A DNA stretch of 64,000 nucleotides from Eledone cirrhosa (lineage: Eukaryota): the NCBI GenBank assembly GCA_964016885.1, contig OZ024740.1, positions 101,866,001 to 101,930,000 on the forward strand, in the 5' to 3' direction. Below, piece by piece: positions 38,571 to 51,454 of this stretch. Both the position numbers and the translations under genes were made by a program. Under the pieces are notes generated by a model. The model saw only the letters and a program-made list of their open reading frames with translations. It was not told where the DNA came from and made no database searches. Numbering within the stretch: position 1 is the first letter of the stretch; every line of letters starts with the position of its first letter.

Positions 38571-38646
38571 GTATCGTCTTCCTGTCTTCCTCCGGTTGCA
38601 ACGTTTTTTGAAATATCCAGTTCTGCGTTTACAGATTGACTTTGTT

Positions 38647-38697
38647 AGTTTCAGAAAATCCCGTTAAGGGTGAAAGCAACGATTCTTTGCTTAAACT
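38647..38697 (+). ncRNA. Hammerhead-like motif of the Penelope pLTR (variant core)
   Basis: agttt-CAGAAAA-tccc-gttaa-gggt-GAAA-gcaa-cgattct-ttgc-TT-aaact. All three stems form. Confidence 0.5.
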
Positions 38698-38850
38698 TTA
38701 ATCTGTTATTTTAATAAATATTTGCTCTACGGTTCTTATATATTTGATATATATTTTCCTTATCGAGCCCTCTTTGGATTTTAGTCTTCAATTTTATTAT
38801 TATTACTATTTGGCTCCTTCGGTTGAGCACTCTACTGACTTATATTCATC

Positions 38851-40806
38851 ATGCAGAAACAACATCTGAATATTTCTACAAAGAACATACCCGTACCAAG
38901 CAGGAAAACATACCTAAAACTCCTGATACAGAAAACAGACGCGTTCATTAAAAGGTTGCGTTGGCGTACCTTTTATTTCGATAATCCGCGAAAAGCAGAC
39001 AACAAACAGGATAAATTTGGATTTAAAACTTATAATAACCCTCCGTGGAACCCAGCATTGCTACCCTTCGAAAATGATGTCTTGGAACTCATTCGGAATA
39101 TCAAATTTCGGAATAGGAGCAATTCCTTCCAGCAAGACCTGAAGAATAGAATTCGTTCTATTAAGGATTCTAACGCCGTGCACGTCCATTCCGACAAAAC
39201 TGGCAACCTATATCAAGTGGAGCGCAGTACTTACCATCAACTACCACATAATGCTGTAACTAAGGATTACCGTAAAACTAATCGGTGCGTCATCAATGAA
39301 ATCAAAGATGCTGGGTTTAAAATCACATCTGATCTCAACATCCTGGACCGGACCGAACCTCTGGACCCTATCTCTCCCCACTTTACCATGAAGGTTCACA
39401 AATCCAATTTTCCGAACAACCCCTCTATTCGGCTTATTAACCCTACGAAGTCCGATTTAGGTAGACTTAGTAAAACGATTCTTGATAGAATTATACCTGA
39501 AATTAGAAGTTTGGCCCCTCTCGCACTGTGGAACAATTCTTTCGCAGTGATTGATTGGTTCAACGGCATATGTAACAAGGAATATTGCCGTTTTATCCAA
39601 TTCGACATCAACAATTACTATTCCTCCATCACTTTACCACTTCTCCTTAGAGCTATCAATTTCGCTAAAACACTTACAGTGGTTAAGGATTTTGAAGTTG
39701 ATGTCATCCTTAATGCCCGAAAGTCGGTGATTAATTTCGACGACTCTATTTGGATTAAAAAATCCAATAGTACCCCATTCGACGTGAGTATGGGCGCCAG
39801 TGACTCTGCGGAGGTTACTGATCTTATTGGCCTTTTCCTTCTTTTCTCTATCAAGGACGAATTCCCCAACGCGGGCGGTGGTTTGTACCGTGACGATGGT
39901 CTTTTGACCATGACTAAGTGCGGACCTCGTGCTTGCGACAGGTTCAGAAAAGAACTCACAGCCTTCTTTAAAGGCTTCAACCTCTCTATACAGGTTGAGG
40001 CCAATCTCTCGGTCGTTAATTACCTCGACGTTACCCTCAATTTATTGAATGGGTTGTATTACCCGTATAGAAAGCCGAATGATACGCTTAATTACATAAG
40101 TAAGCATTCCAACCATCCTGCCAGCATAACCAAGAACCTGGTAAGAAACGTTTCGTTGAGGCTTTCCCGTCTTTCCACCAACGAGCGCATTTTCAACGAC
40201 CATTCCACTTATTACAATGAAGCTCTTGCTCGAAGTGGATTTGTCGATAAGGTAGCATATACAGAGTACGAAAATAGACCTAGAAGAAATAGATCCCGTC
40301 GCATTTGTTGGTTTAACCCACCATATAATATGGAGGTGGCCACACCATTAGTTAAGATCTTTCTTTCCCTTATTACGAAGCATTTTCCCCCTACACATAA
40401 ATATAGTAAAATTTTTAATAGAAATACTATTAAAATTTCTTACTCTACGACTCCTAACCTTGCACATAACATCACAGCTTCAAATTTAGCTAAACTACCT
40501 AGCCGTAGGAACACGTGCAACCCTGTAGGTAGTACTAACTGTAATTGTAGGAATCGGGCTGATTGCCCCCTATCCGGGAAATGCCTCTCTAGTAACATTG
40601 TCTACAAATGTAAGGTTGTAACACCCACGTCCCGTAGGGCCTACATAGGGTTAACCGCCAATAGTTTCAAGCAGCGTCTTTACATGCATACCCATTCTTT
40701 TCGTTACCCTCTAAGAAGGAATATGACGTCACTTTCAGCTTATATCTGGAGTCTAAAAGACAACCACACCCAATATAAGTTACACGATTCTTTGCTTAAA
40801 CTTTAA
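38851..40806 (+). CDS. Penelope-like RT plus GIY-YIG polyprotein (651 aa; last 64 aa lost by deletion)
   Basis: SDKTGNLY, RLINPTKSDLG, FIQFDINNYYSSI, FDVSMGASDSAEV, GLYRDDGL, NYLDVTLNL, SNHP, WFNPPY, CNCR..CPL.G.C, then IVY..YIG. Confidence 0.92.
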   Translation: MQKQHLNISTKNIPVPSRKTYLKLLIQKTDAFIKRLRWRTFYFDNPRKADNKQDKFGFKTYNNPPWNPALLPFENDVLELIRNIKFRNRSNSFQQDLKNRIRSIKDSNAVHVHSDKTGNLYQVERSTYHQLPHNAVTKDYRKTNRCVINEIKDAGFKITSDLNILDRTEPLDPISPHFTMKVHKSNFPNNPSIRLINPTKSDLGRLSKTILDRIIPEIRSLAPLALWNNSFAVIDWFNGICNKEYCRFIQFDINNYYSSITLPLLLRAINFAKTLTVVKDFEVDVILNARKSVINFDDSIWIKKSNSTPFDVSMGASDSAEVTDLIGLFLLFSIKDEFPNAGGGLYRDDGLLTMTKCGPRACDRFRKELTAFFKGFNLSIQVEANLSVVNYLDVTLNLLNGLYYPYRKPNDTLNYISKHSNHPASITKNLVRNVSLRLSRLSTNERIFNDHSTYYNEALARSGFVDKVAYTEYENRPRRNRSRRICWFNPPYNMEVATPLVKIFLSLITKHFPPTHKYSKIFNRNTIKISYSTTPNLAHNITASNLAKLPSRRNTCNPVGSTNCNCRNRADCPLSGKCLSSNIVYKCKVVTPTSRRAYIGLTANSFKQRLYMHTHSFRYPLRRNMTSLSAYIWSLKDNHTQYKLHDSLLKL

Positions 40807-41258
40807 TCTGTTATTTTAATAAATATATATATATATATATATACAGATGCATTGTAGGTTGCTTTAACCCGTCTTTTATTATTAAAAAAACTTCTTGCCA
40901 ATAAACATTAACCCTTTGCGCATCATTCATCTAACTGTAGACCAACAAATACTAAAAAACGCAGCGTTGACAAGAACGATGGTGAATGAATGTTCGAGAT
41001 AAGCAGTTTCCTCTCGAGCTATTAGTTCACGCGGGATTCTCTGCTACACCTTTTCGTAATAATACCAAACAACGTACTTCTGGTCACTTCTTATGATTTT
41101 GTAAAAGTATAGTTTTCGAAGCAGCACTGAAGTATTGACAAAAATGATATACATAACTGCTGTTTAATACCTGAGCAACGCCGGGTACCTCTGCTAGTAT
41201 ATATATAAAAGAAATGAAAAAAAAGGAGTATATACCGTTAAAACATTTATATAACATG

Positions 41259-41300
<42 letters not shown>

Positions 41301-41392
41301 GACATACATATCATCATCATCATCATCGTTTAACGTCCATCTTCCACGCTTGCATGGGTTTGGACGGGATATATATATATATACATACATAC

Positions 41393-41477
<85 letters not shown>

Positions 41478-41494
41478 CACACATATATATATAC

Positions 41495-41550
<56 letters not shown>

Positions 41551-41587
41551 GTATATATATATACACACATATATATATATATATATA

Positions 41588-43634
41588 TCATCATCATCAT
41601 CATCATCATCATCAGGTTTAGCGTCCGTGTTCCACGCTTGCATGGGTCTGGACGGGGGTTTTCCCACTTGAGACAAGAGTGGTTGTCTTGCTCGCATAGG
41701 ACTGTCTGGCGGGTTTTCTACAGTTGCATGCCCTTCCTAACACCAACCACATTTACAGTGTGGGGCTGGGAGGTTTTTACCGTGTTGCCTACACGGCCAC
41801 ATTACAGCGTGGACTGTCTGGTGGGTTTTCTACAGCTGGATGCCCTTCCTAACACCAACCACATTTACAGTGTGGGGCTGGGAGGTTTTTACCGTGTTGC
41901 CTACACGGCCACATTTACAGCGTGGACTGTGTGTTTTTTGTCGTGACACCTACACGATCTCATTTGTTTCGGCCTGGATGATGTGGGACCAACATAACTT
42001 TACATTGAAAGGGGCGGTGTGGATGGGGTGGAGGTGGTGGGACGGGGGGGGGGGGGGGGGGGGTGTTTTGATAGAGATGCCTACTGACTGTAGTAGGTTT
42101 TTACTTTGTATTTAGGTAAGGCGGGTCTTCTCTATTACTGAGTACCGCCAAAGGTCTCGGTCCAGTGACATTGTCTTGGAGAGGTGTAAGCATGTGAGGT
42201 CAGAATTTATCAGCTCGTCCCATGTTTTTCTGGGTCTGCCTACTCCGTGGCTACCGTCTATCTTTATTGCCCTGCACTTTGTTATACAGCTGTCGTCTTT
42301 CATGCGCATCACGTGACTGTACCAACGTAGCCTTCTCTCGAGTAAACAACATCTGATCCCTCTTATTTCTAATTTTTTCCTTAGTTCGTTTATGCTTTGC
42401 CGTTCACGTATATTACTATTGCACATCCAGCGGAGCATGCAAGCTTTGTTCCTCTCTAGTCTGCGTATATCCTCTGCACACAATGCCCAGGTCTCACTGC
42501 CATGCAGCATTGCTGTTCGTATGCAGGCATCGTATAACCTGCCTTTCATTTTTAGGGAGAACCCTCTAGCGGCTAATAGTGGTATAAGCTCTCTGAACTT
42601 TTTCCATCCAGTTCTGACTCTAGCTACTGTACTTTCAGAGCACCCTCCCCCACTGCTGATTTTGTCACCCAGGTAACGGAAGCTGTCCACTATTTCTATA
42701 GAACCCTCTGCGCAGTTGAAGGAGCTAGTATTTTGTGGGCACTTGCTGCTACTTATTGCACCAGAGCACCGGCCACATGTAAAATCTATGTTCTTAGTTA
42801 GCTTACCTGTGATCCCACTACATCTTTATGCACCCATACTTTGCATTTGGGACATAAAATGGAGTTTCTACCTACGCCTTTCCTACACACTGAGCATGGC
42901 CATTTCCCAGATGGGACCGCCACCTTATTTTCTTTCCTACAAACTAGAACTTTAGTCTTAGCCAGGTTAATTTTAAGGCCTTTTGATTCTAGGCCGTGCT
43001 TCCATGTTTGGAATTTCTTTTCTAGTTCGGTCATTGATTCAGCTATGAGCGTTAGATCATCTGCGTATAGGAGTTCCCATGGGCAGCCGGTCTTGAACTC
43101 CTCTGTTATAGCCTGAAGGGCAATAATAAATAGTAGGGGGCTAAGAACAGAGCCCTGATGGACACCAACTTTTACGCTAAACTCTTCACTATATTCGTTG
43201 TTAATTCTAACCTTACTGACTGTTTCTTCATACATGGCTTGTATAGCTCTCACAAGCCATTCGTCATCACCTAGTTTTCTAAGAGACCACCAGATAATGG
43301 AACGGGGGACTCTGTCGAAGGCTTTCTCCAAGTCGACGAAAGCTAAGTATAGGGGTTTACTTTTAGCTAGGTACTTCTCCTGTAGTTGTCGTACAATGAA
43401 AAGAGTGTCTGTGGTACTTTTGCCTGACACAAACCCGAACTGCATTTCATCTAGATCAATTCTCTCTCTGATTAGTTGCGCTATTACTTTTTCCGTGACC
43501 TTCATGACCTGGTCGATTAATTTAATGCCTCTATAGTTACTCCTATCTAGGGCATCTCCTTTTCCCTTATAGCAGTTAACGATGATGCTGCTACGCCAGT
43601 CCTTCGGAACAACCCCATTCTGTACGACTTGGTT
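41588..43634 (-). mobile_element. 5'-truncated RTE LINE with a 112-bp 3'UTR duplication and one frameshift
   Basis: ORFs 42798-43634 and 42112-42690. Both ends in (TA)n. Confidence 0.95.
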
Positions 43635-43658
43635 AATATATATATACGTATATATATA

Positions 43659-43703
<45 letters not shown>

Positions 43704-43751
43704 ATATATATATATATGTATATATATAATATATATATATGTATATATATA

Positions 43752-43782
<31 letters not shown>

Positions 43783-43822
43783 TACACACACACATACATA
43801 TAATACATACTTATATATATAT

Positions 43823-45119
43823 GTATTGCAACACTGTAAGATTGGACCACTCTTTCATAAAAATGGTTCATTAAATGAGGATCCCAAAGAGATAAGTGGA
43901 ATACTGAATGAACATTTGCACATGCAAATTACAAAGCCAAAGGATTTCTTTGATGCCACAACACTCCATGAAGAAATGGCAACCATCAACCACATAGCCA
44001 TAATGGAGGAAGATGTGATATCCACCAAAGAAGAAATTAGAACAAACTCAGCTACTGGACCTGGTGTATTCCCAGCAGTCCTCCTTAAAACATGTAAGCG
44101 TGCCTTAGCAAGACCACTAAAGACCCTCTCCAGAAGTTCTTTGGCTAGCGATAAACTACCCAGAGAGCTAAAAGAAGGCTCTATCCATAAAGGAGGAAGC
44201 AGAGCAGAGGCCAAAAATTACAGACCAGTCTCCCTGACGTCAAATATCAGTAAGGTCATGGAACGAAACATCAGAAAGAAACTAATCATATTCCTCGAGG
44301 AAAATGACTGCCTAACTAGCACGCAGAATGGCTTTCACCCAGGAAGAAGCTGCTCTATGCAGCTGTTACAACACTATGACTGGGTACTGAAGCAACTGCT
44401 GGAAAGCTCACATATGGACATGATATATCTTGACTTTGCGAAGACTTTGACAAGGTCGACCGTGGAATGATATGTCACAAACTACACAGACTCAGCATGT
44501 TGATACTATGGAGGACATTTGTCTTAAGCTAACTGGACTACTGCTCCCAACTGTTGTCACCCCATAGTATCAAACTAACCACAGAGCTTGAGGCAATCCA
44601 ATGAAGCTTCACCAACTGGATTGCCACGATGAAGGATATGAGCTACTGGGAGAGGCTAAAAGAACTAAAACTCTACTCCTTGGAACGAAGACGGGAGAGA
44701 TATTCAGTGATATACATATAGAAAATCCTGGAGGGACTAGCAACAATCTTTGGCATTGAGAGCTGAACCAACCCTCAAACAGGATGTCACTGTGTAGTGC
44801 CAAAGGTCCCGTTTTTTACATCTAGAATAAGGAGCAGATATTACAATAGCCTGGGGTTCAAAGGCCCTCAACTCTTCAACAAGCTGCCAAGAAAATTGAG
44901 AGATCTGCATGGTCAGGACATGGATGTTTTCAAGAAACATCTTGACACTGCTATCTAGGATCCCACATGAGCTCACAGCACAGTAGGAAGGTAACCTAAG
45001 GGTTACAAACTCCCTCTTATACCAATGGTCAGCCAACAAAGGCTGGAGATAGAATGTGTAGTAACAAGTGCAGTGCCCCAGCATGGCCTCAGCCGGATGG
45101 CTGGAACAGGTAAAAGAAT
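43823..45119 (+). mobile_element. Degraded CR1-like LINE with an internal deletion
   Basis: NYRPVSLTSNISKVMER, QNGFHPGRSC, DMIYLDFAK, then C-terminal LDYCSQL..SYWERLKELKLYSLERRRER. Confidence 0.8.
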
Positions 45120-46280
45120 AATATATATATATACATATCGTTTTGAGGAAACAACAAACAGAGGTACAAAAGTCTTTTGACAGAGCAGACTAAAAGAAGA
45201 TGGGTGGGGAATTAAGTTTAGAGAGATGAAAGCATTCTAAGGAAAAAAATAAGTTGCTATTCTCTACGCCAGCGCGAGTCAGTGGGTCTGGCATAATGTG
45301 CAAAGACACTGAGGCTGCATGTGGAGTGGCCGGTGGATTGAAAATATATATATACACACACACATACACAGATATATATATATATATATGCCTCACATAT
45401 CCATACCAGTGCAGTCTTCTCTTTTGCAAACTGCATGGGATCCCCCTTGAAAAATTTAATGTAGATATAACTACAGTTTTTGAATTATTAGGATCATTAC
45501 TGTGAAAAGTAAGAAGAGTAAACACTTTTCACTATTACTTTTGTATACACAAAAAAAGAAATAGAAGAGATCATCTTTATGCATTTTTCAGATTATTCTC
45601 TCCAATTCTAATAACCACTCCCACGATTTTCTCTACGGGGAAAACTTTTTAGAGTATTGCTATATATGTTAAGCAGAATGTAGATTATAGCTGAAATGGT
45701 CAGGGTAACTTGCAGGATGTGCATTTGTTTGGCAACACATAAAGGTAATTTTATATGTATCTTTTCTGTATACAGAGGAAAGAGTGGAAAGTGTTTATAT
45801 TTCATTCTTTTCACAGGAAGACTTTTAAGTTCAAAATTTCAGTTGAATTAAATTTATCTTAATCTTCTAATATATGCTGTGTTCTAACATAAAACACACA
45901 CACACACACACACACATATAACAAACACATACAAATGTATACCTGCAATGACATGTGTATAGAATACATAGATATAAAATAGCAAGCAAAGAAATACACA
46001 TTTATAAGAAGAGAACAAAGCCAATTTTAGTAATGATAGTATTAACGTAATACTGTCCATCAAACCCTGAATTTCAAAGTCTTAGCAAGTAAGTCTTCTT
46101 TCTTATGTGCAGTGAGAGGTTGGGTATAAACTGGTTTGGGTAGCTTTAGGTGTACGTCGATAAACAGAGTAACATAAATATAGATGCAGCAAATCTGTGG
46201 AAAATTACATATATATGTATATATATACACATGTTTGTATGTATATATATATATATATATATATACACATGTATGTATGT

Positions 46281-46741
46281 ATCATCATCATCATCATCAT
46301 CAACGTTTAACGTCCGTGTTCCACGCTTGCATGGGTTTGGACGGGGGTAGTCCCACTTGAAGCAAGAGTGATTGTCTTGCTCGCATAGGACTGTCTGGCA
46401 GGTTTTCTACAGTTGGATGCCCTTCCTAACACCAACCACATTTACAGTGTGGGTCTGGGAGGTTTTTACCGTGTTGCCTACACGGCCACATTACAGCGTG
46501 GACTGTGTGTTTTTTTGTCGTGACACCTACACGATCTCATTTGTTTCGGCCTGGATGGCGCGGCACCAACATAACTTTACATAGAACGGGGTGGTGTGGA
46601 TGGGGTGGGGGTGGTGGTGGTGGGACGGGGTGTATTTTGTTAGAGATGCCTACTGGCTGGAGTAGGTTTTACTATATATTTAGGTAAGGCGGGTCTTCTC
46701 TGTTACTGAGTACCGCCAAAGGTCTCGGTCCAGTGACATTG

Positions 46742-46743
<2 letters not shown>
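46281..46743 (-). mobile_element. RTE LINE 3' fragment
   Basis: Nearly identical to 1288-1750. The 5' truncation abuts (TA)n. Confidence 0.93.
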
Positions 46744-46777
<34 letters not shown>

Positions 46778-46812
46778 GTATGTATATATATATATATATA
46801 TATATACACATG

Positions 46813-46862
<50 letters not shown>

Positions 46863-47093
46863 CAAAGCATGGTGTCAGACCCTCTATCGATACTGCCAAT
46901 CCACTACCAATCGACTATAATAATAGCCAATTTATAAATACTAGTTGAGGAAATAAGGTAGCATACCCCAGAAGATGTGGATTAACTTCCTCACAGGTGC
47001 CTCTGTCTATATTGGGTATTTTACTAGATTTCCTCTACTGTTATTTACAGGAATCAACTCTTATGATTATTTGCATTGGGATGACTACATTCC

Positions 47094-47132
<39 letters not shown>

Positions 47133-48849
47133 ATTGTATAGTTATAAGCTATAGGGGTAAATATATGTAATTATATATATGCATACATACACATGTGTGT
47201 GCATGTGTGTATATATATATATATATACACACACACACATACATATACATATGTGTGCAAGTATACGTGTAAGTTTATACACATACACAGAAAGACACAC
47301 TCACACAAACATGTTAAAATTACTAGTTGTCTCCAGAAATAGACATAGTAACCATATATCTAATCTCTTTGGAATTTCTATCTCCAGCTAGACTAGAGCT
47401 ATATATTTTTTTTCTTCTTTTTAATATTTTTTTCTTCAATTTTTCTCTCTTTTTATAAAAAAAAAAATACATACTGACATTTTATGTGTTTTTTTATCTA
47501 CACTTTCTCTATTTTCTCTGCTTATATTTTGTATATGTTTGTTGTTGTTATTATTGTTTTCTGTTTATGGCTAAGCTGAGTCTGTTCAATCAGTTCACTT
47601 TATTGACTTATATTTATTTCTTAAGGGTAAAATTAGTAATGTTCTTTTTGTTTTTCTCATTCTTCATCACTTTGACCATTTGACCCGCAAACAAATAATT
47701 GTTTGAATTGCATTCCAATACATGTAACATGAAAAAAGGGCAGTGAATTGGCAAAGTCATTAGAGCATCAGATAAAATGCTTTGCTGCATTTGTTTCAGC
47801 TCACTGCTCTCTGAGTTCAAATTCCGCTGAGGTCAACTTTGCCTTTCATTCATTCGAGGTCGATAAAAAAATTACCAGTCTAGTACTGGGGCCGAATCTT
47901 TCTCTATATCTTTATCTCACTTCCATTTCTATACTCTCTATCCTTCTCTGGAAGAAATCTGCTGCATTCAGACCTGGAGAGGGATGAGCTCCACCAGGTT
48001 TTTAAATGCTCTAGAAACACTGTATGTCATTGCGGTACCCTACAACTTCCTCAGGAGTTACAGATCCATACATACATGTAACGTGAAGTGAAGACACATA
48101 GCCTTGTACTTAAAGCATTGGCACTCAGGATCATAAAATGATGGGTTTGATTTCCAGGCCAGATGAAGCACTGTCTTTGAACAAGGAATTTCTTTTCACA
48201 GTGTCCCAGTTCAGCTGAAATAAATCAGTAGCAGCAGCAGGGGTTTTGTTCTTAAACTGAATGGTGCCCCAACTAATTGGAAGTCTTGTGCTCTCAGTCA
48301 TGTTCTGCCCTTGAAACCAGGATAAGCTCTGTGTTTCATCCAGCCTGAACAAATATGGAAAGCAGATATAAAATGGTAATTCTTACTCTAGCATGTAACA
48401 TGAACAAAACCTTCACTGCCTTCTTTCAAACTAACCTATCATTTCTTGATTTTAAAAAAAAATGGAACATAATCAACTGCACCTTAATACTGTTGAACAT
48501 TTTGTACACTGCTCAAAAGAATTCTGCCAAATAATCATAGAATACAGTAAACATTATAAAAATAGGGGTTAAAATGCATGTGAGGATGGATAGACAAAAT
48601 TATATAAAAATGATGAACGTTATACAATAGACAAATTAATTTGATAAAATATGAAATAAGTATAAAATTATTATAAAACACACAATGTTTAACCCAAGAT
48701 ATATAAAATTGAAAACATTTAGGATTACCCACTTACACACAGGTAGAAACTTACTAGTTAAGTTGAGTAAGAACATCCCACATTTCTGCTTGCCCACTGT
48801 GAATTATATAGTTCTCAAGGATCACTGAAATCCCCATAAGCATTTATTT

Positions 48850-49330
48850 GGTGAATGCATCAACAAAAATACCCACATCTGGACAGAAGTAGTTTATCTC
48901 TTTGAATACATATTTTGTTATTAGAAGTAGTGGTCTATCATCCAAGAACTCTCAATAACAATCCTTTATTTCTGAGTCTATCCACATATTGCATGGGATT
49001 GCCTTCTCTAATTCAGGAATGTTGTTAAGAAATCCATTGTTGTGGGTTCTGATAAGCGAATTGCAGGGAATCTGTTTCAAGAAATCACCACTGAAAAAGC
49101 TGTTTTTGTTTGATTTCTGTTTTTTTCTCCTTTTTTCTACTGTTGTGACAGTCTGCCAGCCTTCCTCAAGTTCTATTTCACCCTCCTTATCACCAATGGA
49201 TTAGGTTATACTCTTAGGAGGAGAATTCCAGCATCTTTTTCCTCTGCAGCTGTGTGTGATGTAGATTTTTCTTTCCCAAGACTCATCATTGTCTATTTGA
49301 GTAACTGAGAAGAAAGTAGATTTTATAATC
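48850..49330 (-). pseudogene. Possible degraded LINE ORF1-like remnant
   Basis: Minus frame reads ..EIELEEGWQTVTTVEKRRKKQK.., a WQTV-basic motif common in LINE ORF1, with stops. Confidence 0.25.
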
Positions 49331-50329
49331 ACCTTTGGAAATTGAACTGATGGTATGACTGATGGGTGCTAGAGGAAAATAGCTCCAGGAATTTGTTCAT
49401 TACTTGATCTTGTTTTCAGCCTCTCGAGGCAGAAAGCCAGGTGGCTTTTGCTGCCTCTAGTGTAACAACTTGGCATTCTGCTAATCACCATTTAAAAGCA
49501 CTCTTTTAACTCTGTACCCATAACGAGGCAATGTTCTGGAATGGCTTTGTGATGTTGAGAGGTCCTCAATTTATCATTAATTTGGCACTTATTACATACT
49601 GTTTAACAAATGCAACTATGACCTAAGGGTCAATGTCATTATCTATCATTTCATGTACAGTTTACTGCTTCAGCTGTACTCAGTAACAGTAAAGAACCTT
49701 TACACTCTGAGCTAAAATCCTGCTGAAGTTGACACTACTTTTTGTCTTTCTGGGTTGATAAAATAAGTAGTCAAACATTTGGTCAATTTTAATTGACTTC
49801 TGTCCTTGAATGATTCTTCCCTTCCTAAAATCTGGCCTTTTATTATTAAAACTGACCAACAATAGATAGGAGAATCAATAATCAGTGAGACAAAATTCCT
49901 TATGGTATTTAATCATGTCTCTTTATGTTTTGAGTTCAAATCCAACTTCATCTTTTATCCTTCAGTGATTAATAAAGTAAAGCAGCAGTCAAGTTACATC
50001 CTCTTACATTTTAACTTCAAATATTACTGAACTGACATGACTTCACTTTCCATCATCTCCAGTATGAAATAAAGCTCTCATTGGCTTCAGTTAACAAAGG
50101 AGTTTATACTGGGTCACCCATACTTTTAGAAATAACAGCCAAATCTCACTCAAATCCTATATATTTTTTTTAAATGTCTCTCCCAAGCTTAAAGGCTGGT
50201 TTATCCTGGTTTCATTGTTGTTAAGTGACTGAGCAGCTGAAGATGATGTCAACCATTTCATTGTGTTAGGTGCACATTATGCATTTGGTGTTAAGATCCA
50301 TTTTCATTAATTTATTTTCATAGCTGACA

Positions 50330-50550
50330 GTGGATTGGTAGAGTCATTGGAGTGTCAAACAACATACTTTGTGGCATTGAATTACAGCCCTTTCCGCCGT
50401 TCTGAGTTCAAATCCTGCCACGGTTAACTTTACCTTTCATCCTGGGGGGGGGGGGTGATAAAATAAAGTACCAGTCATACACTGGGTCAATTTAATCTAC
50501 TTTCCCTCTCCCAAAATTGCTGGCCTTGTGCCTAAATCAGAAACCATTAC
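50330..50550 (+). mobile_element. Family B SINE
   Basis: gtggattggtagagtc..ctgagttcaaatcc..tttcatcct..aagtaccag. Confidence 0.8.
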
Positions 50551-51454
50551 TATTATTATTGTCGTCAATAGTAATATATTGTAGACATTGTGAATAATAC
50601 TCGAAGCTATGGATCTGGAATATTTAATTCATTAACAAGAGAATTTTACAATTACCGTAGTTACACACATGCTCTCGCACTAATATATACGCACAGGCTA
50701 ATGTATTCTTTTTCTTATATCATAGCTATGATGTTTCAGCAAAGCATGTGTTTATAGCTGTTACAAGTAAATGAATAAATCAACCTATATAACTATTCTA
50801 TTATAAATATTGAGTATGTGATTTTATGTGCTGTGAACTTAAAGATGCTGGAGAAAAAATATCAAAACAAACAGACACAAAAAATGAAGGCAGGAAAGAA
50901 AGAAAGAGAAAATAAGAAAAAAATTGCTTAGATTGGAATTTTAAACTAATTATACACTTGTAATTAATCAATTCTCTTGCAACATTAAAAAGTAAGACAA
51001 GTAAAAGTAGATAAAAATATATTTCTTGTATATTTCCCAGATATCTAGAAAAGATTGTGGAAATGGCACAGGTGACAAAACTGCAAAGTTGATATTTCCT
51101 GATATTTTCAAGCTTCTACATTTTTTACTTTTTTTGTTACAAACATTTGACATTCTTTTGTTTCTCTCTTAAGTTGAAGTAAAAGATAACATTATTTATT
51201 GTATTTGGTCTAATAAAGAGACCTACAGAAATCGGGCAGCATCACCATCATAATCATCATCATCTTTCAATGCCTGTTAGCAAGGTTTTTTAGTTGGATC
51301 ATTATAGATCAAAATAGTACTTAATCATCAGAGCTACTGACGTTACAGATGGCCGAGGGAGCAGCATCTTATAATAATGATAATGAAAATTGTGTACAGT
51401 GCTCAGGTGCACTACAGCTCATCAAAGGTGAATGTATAGTACATTCATGTATAG

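Noticed and set aside
38851-40806. Selenocysteine recoding, as reported for some Naiad elements
   Set aside because: No in-frame TGA in the ORF or in the reconstructed C-terminus.
51349-51454. Full-length RTE ORF starting at ATG 51349
   Set aside because: No AP-endonuclease motifs. The N-terminal codons appear to be flanking sequence fused in frame, and the ORF has a nonsense codon.
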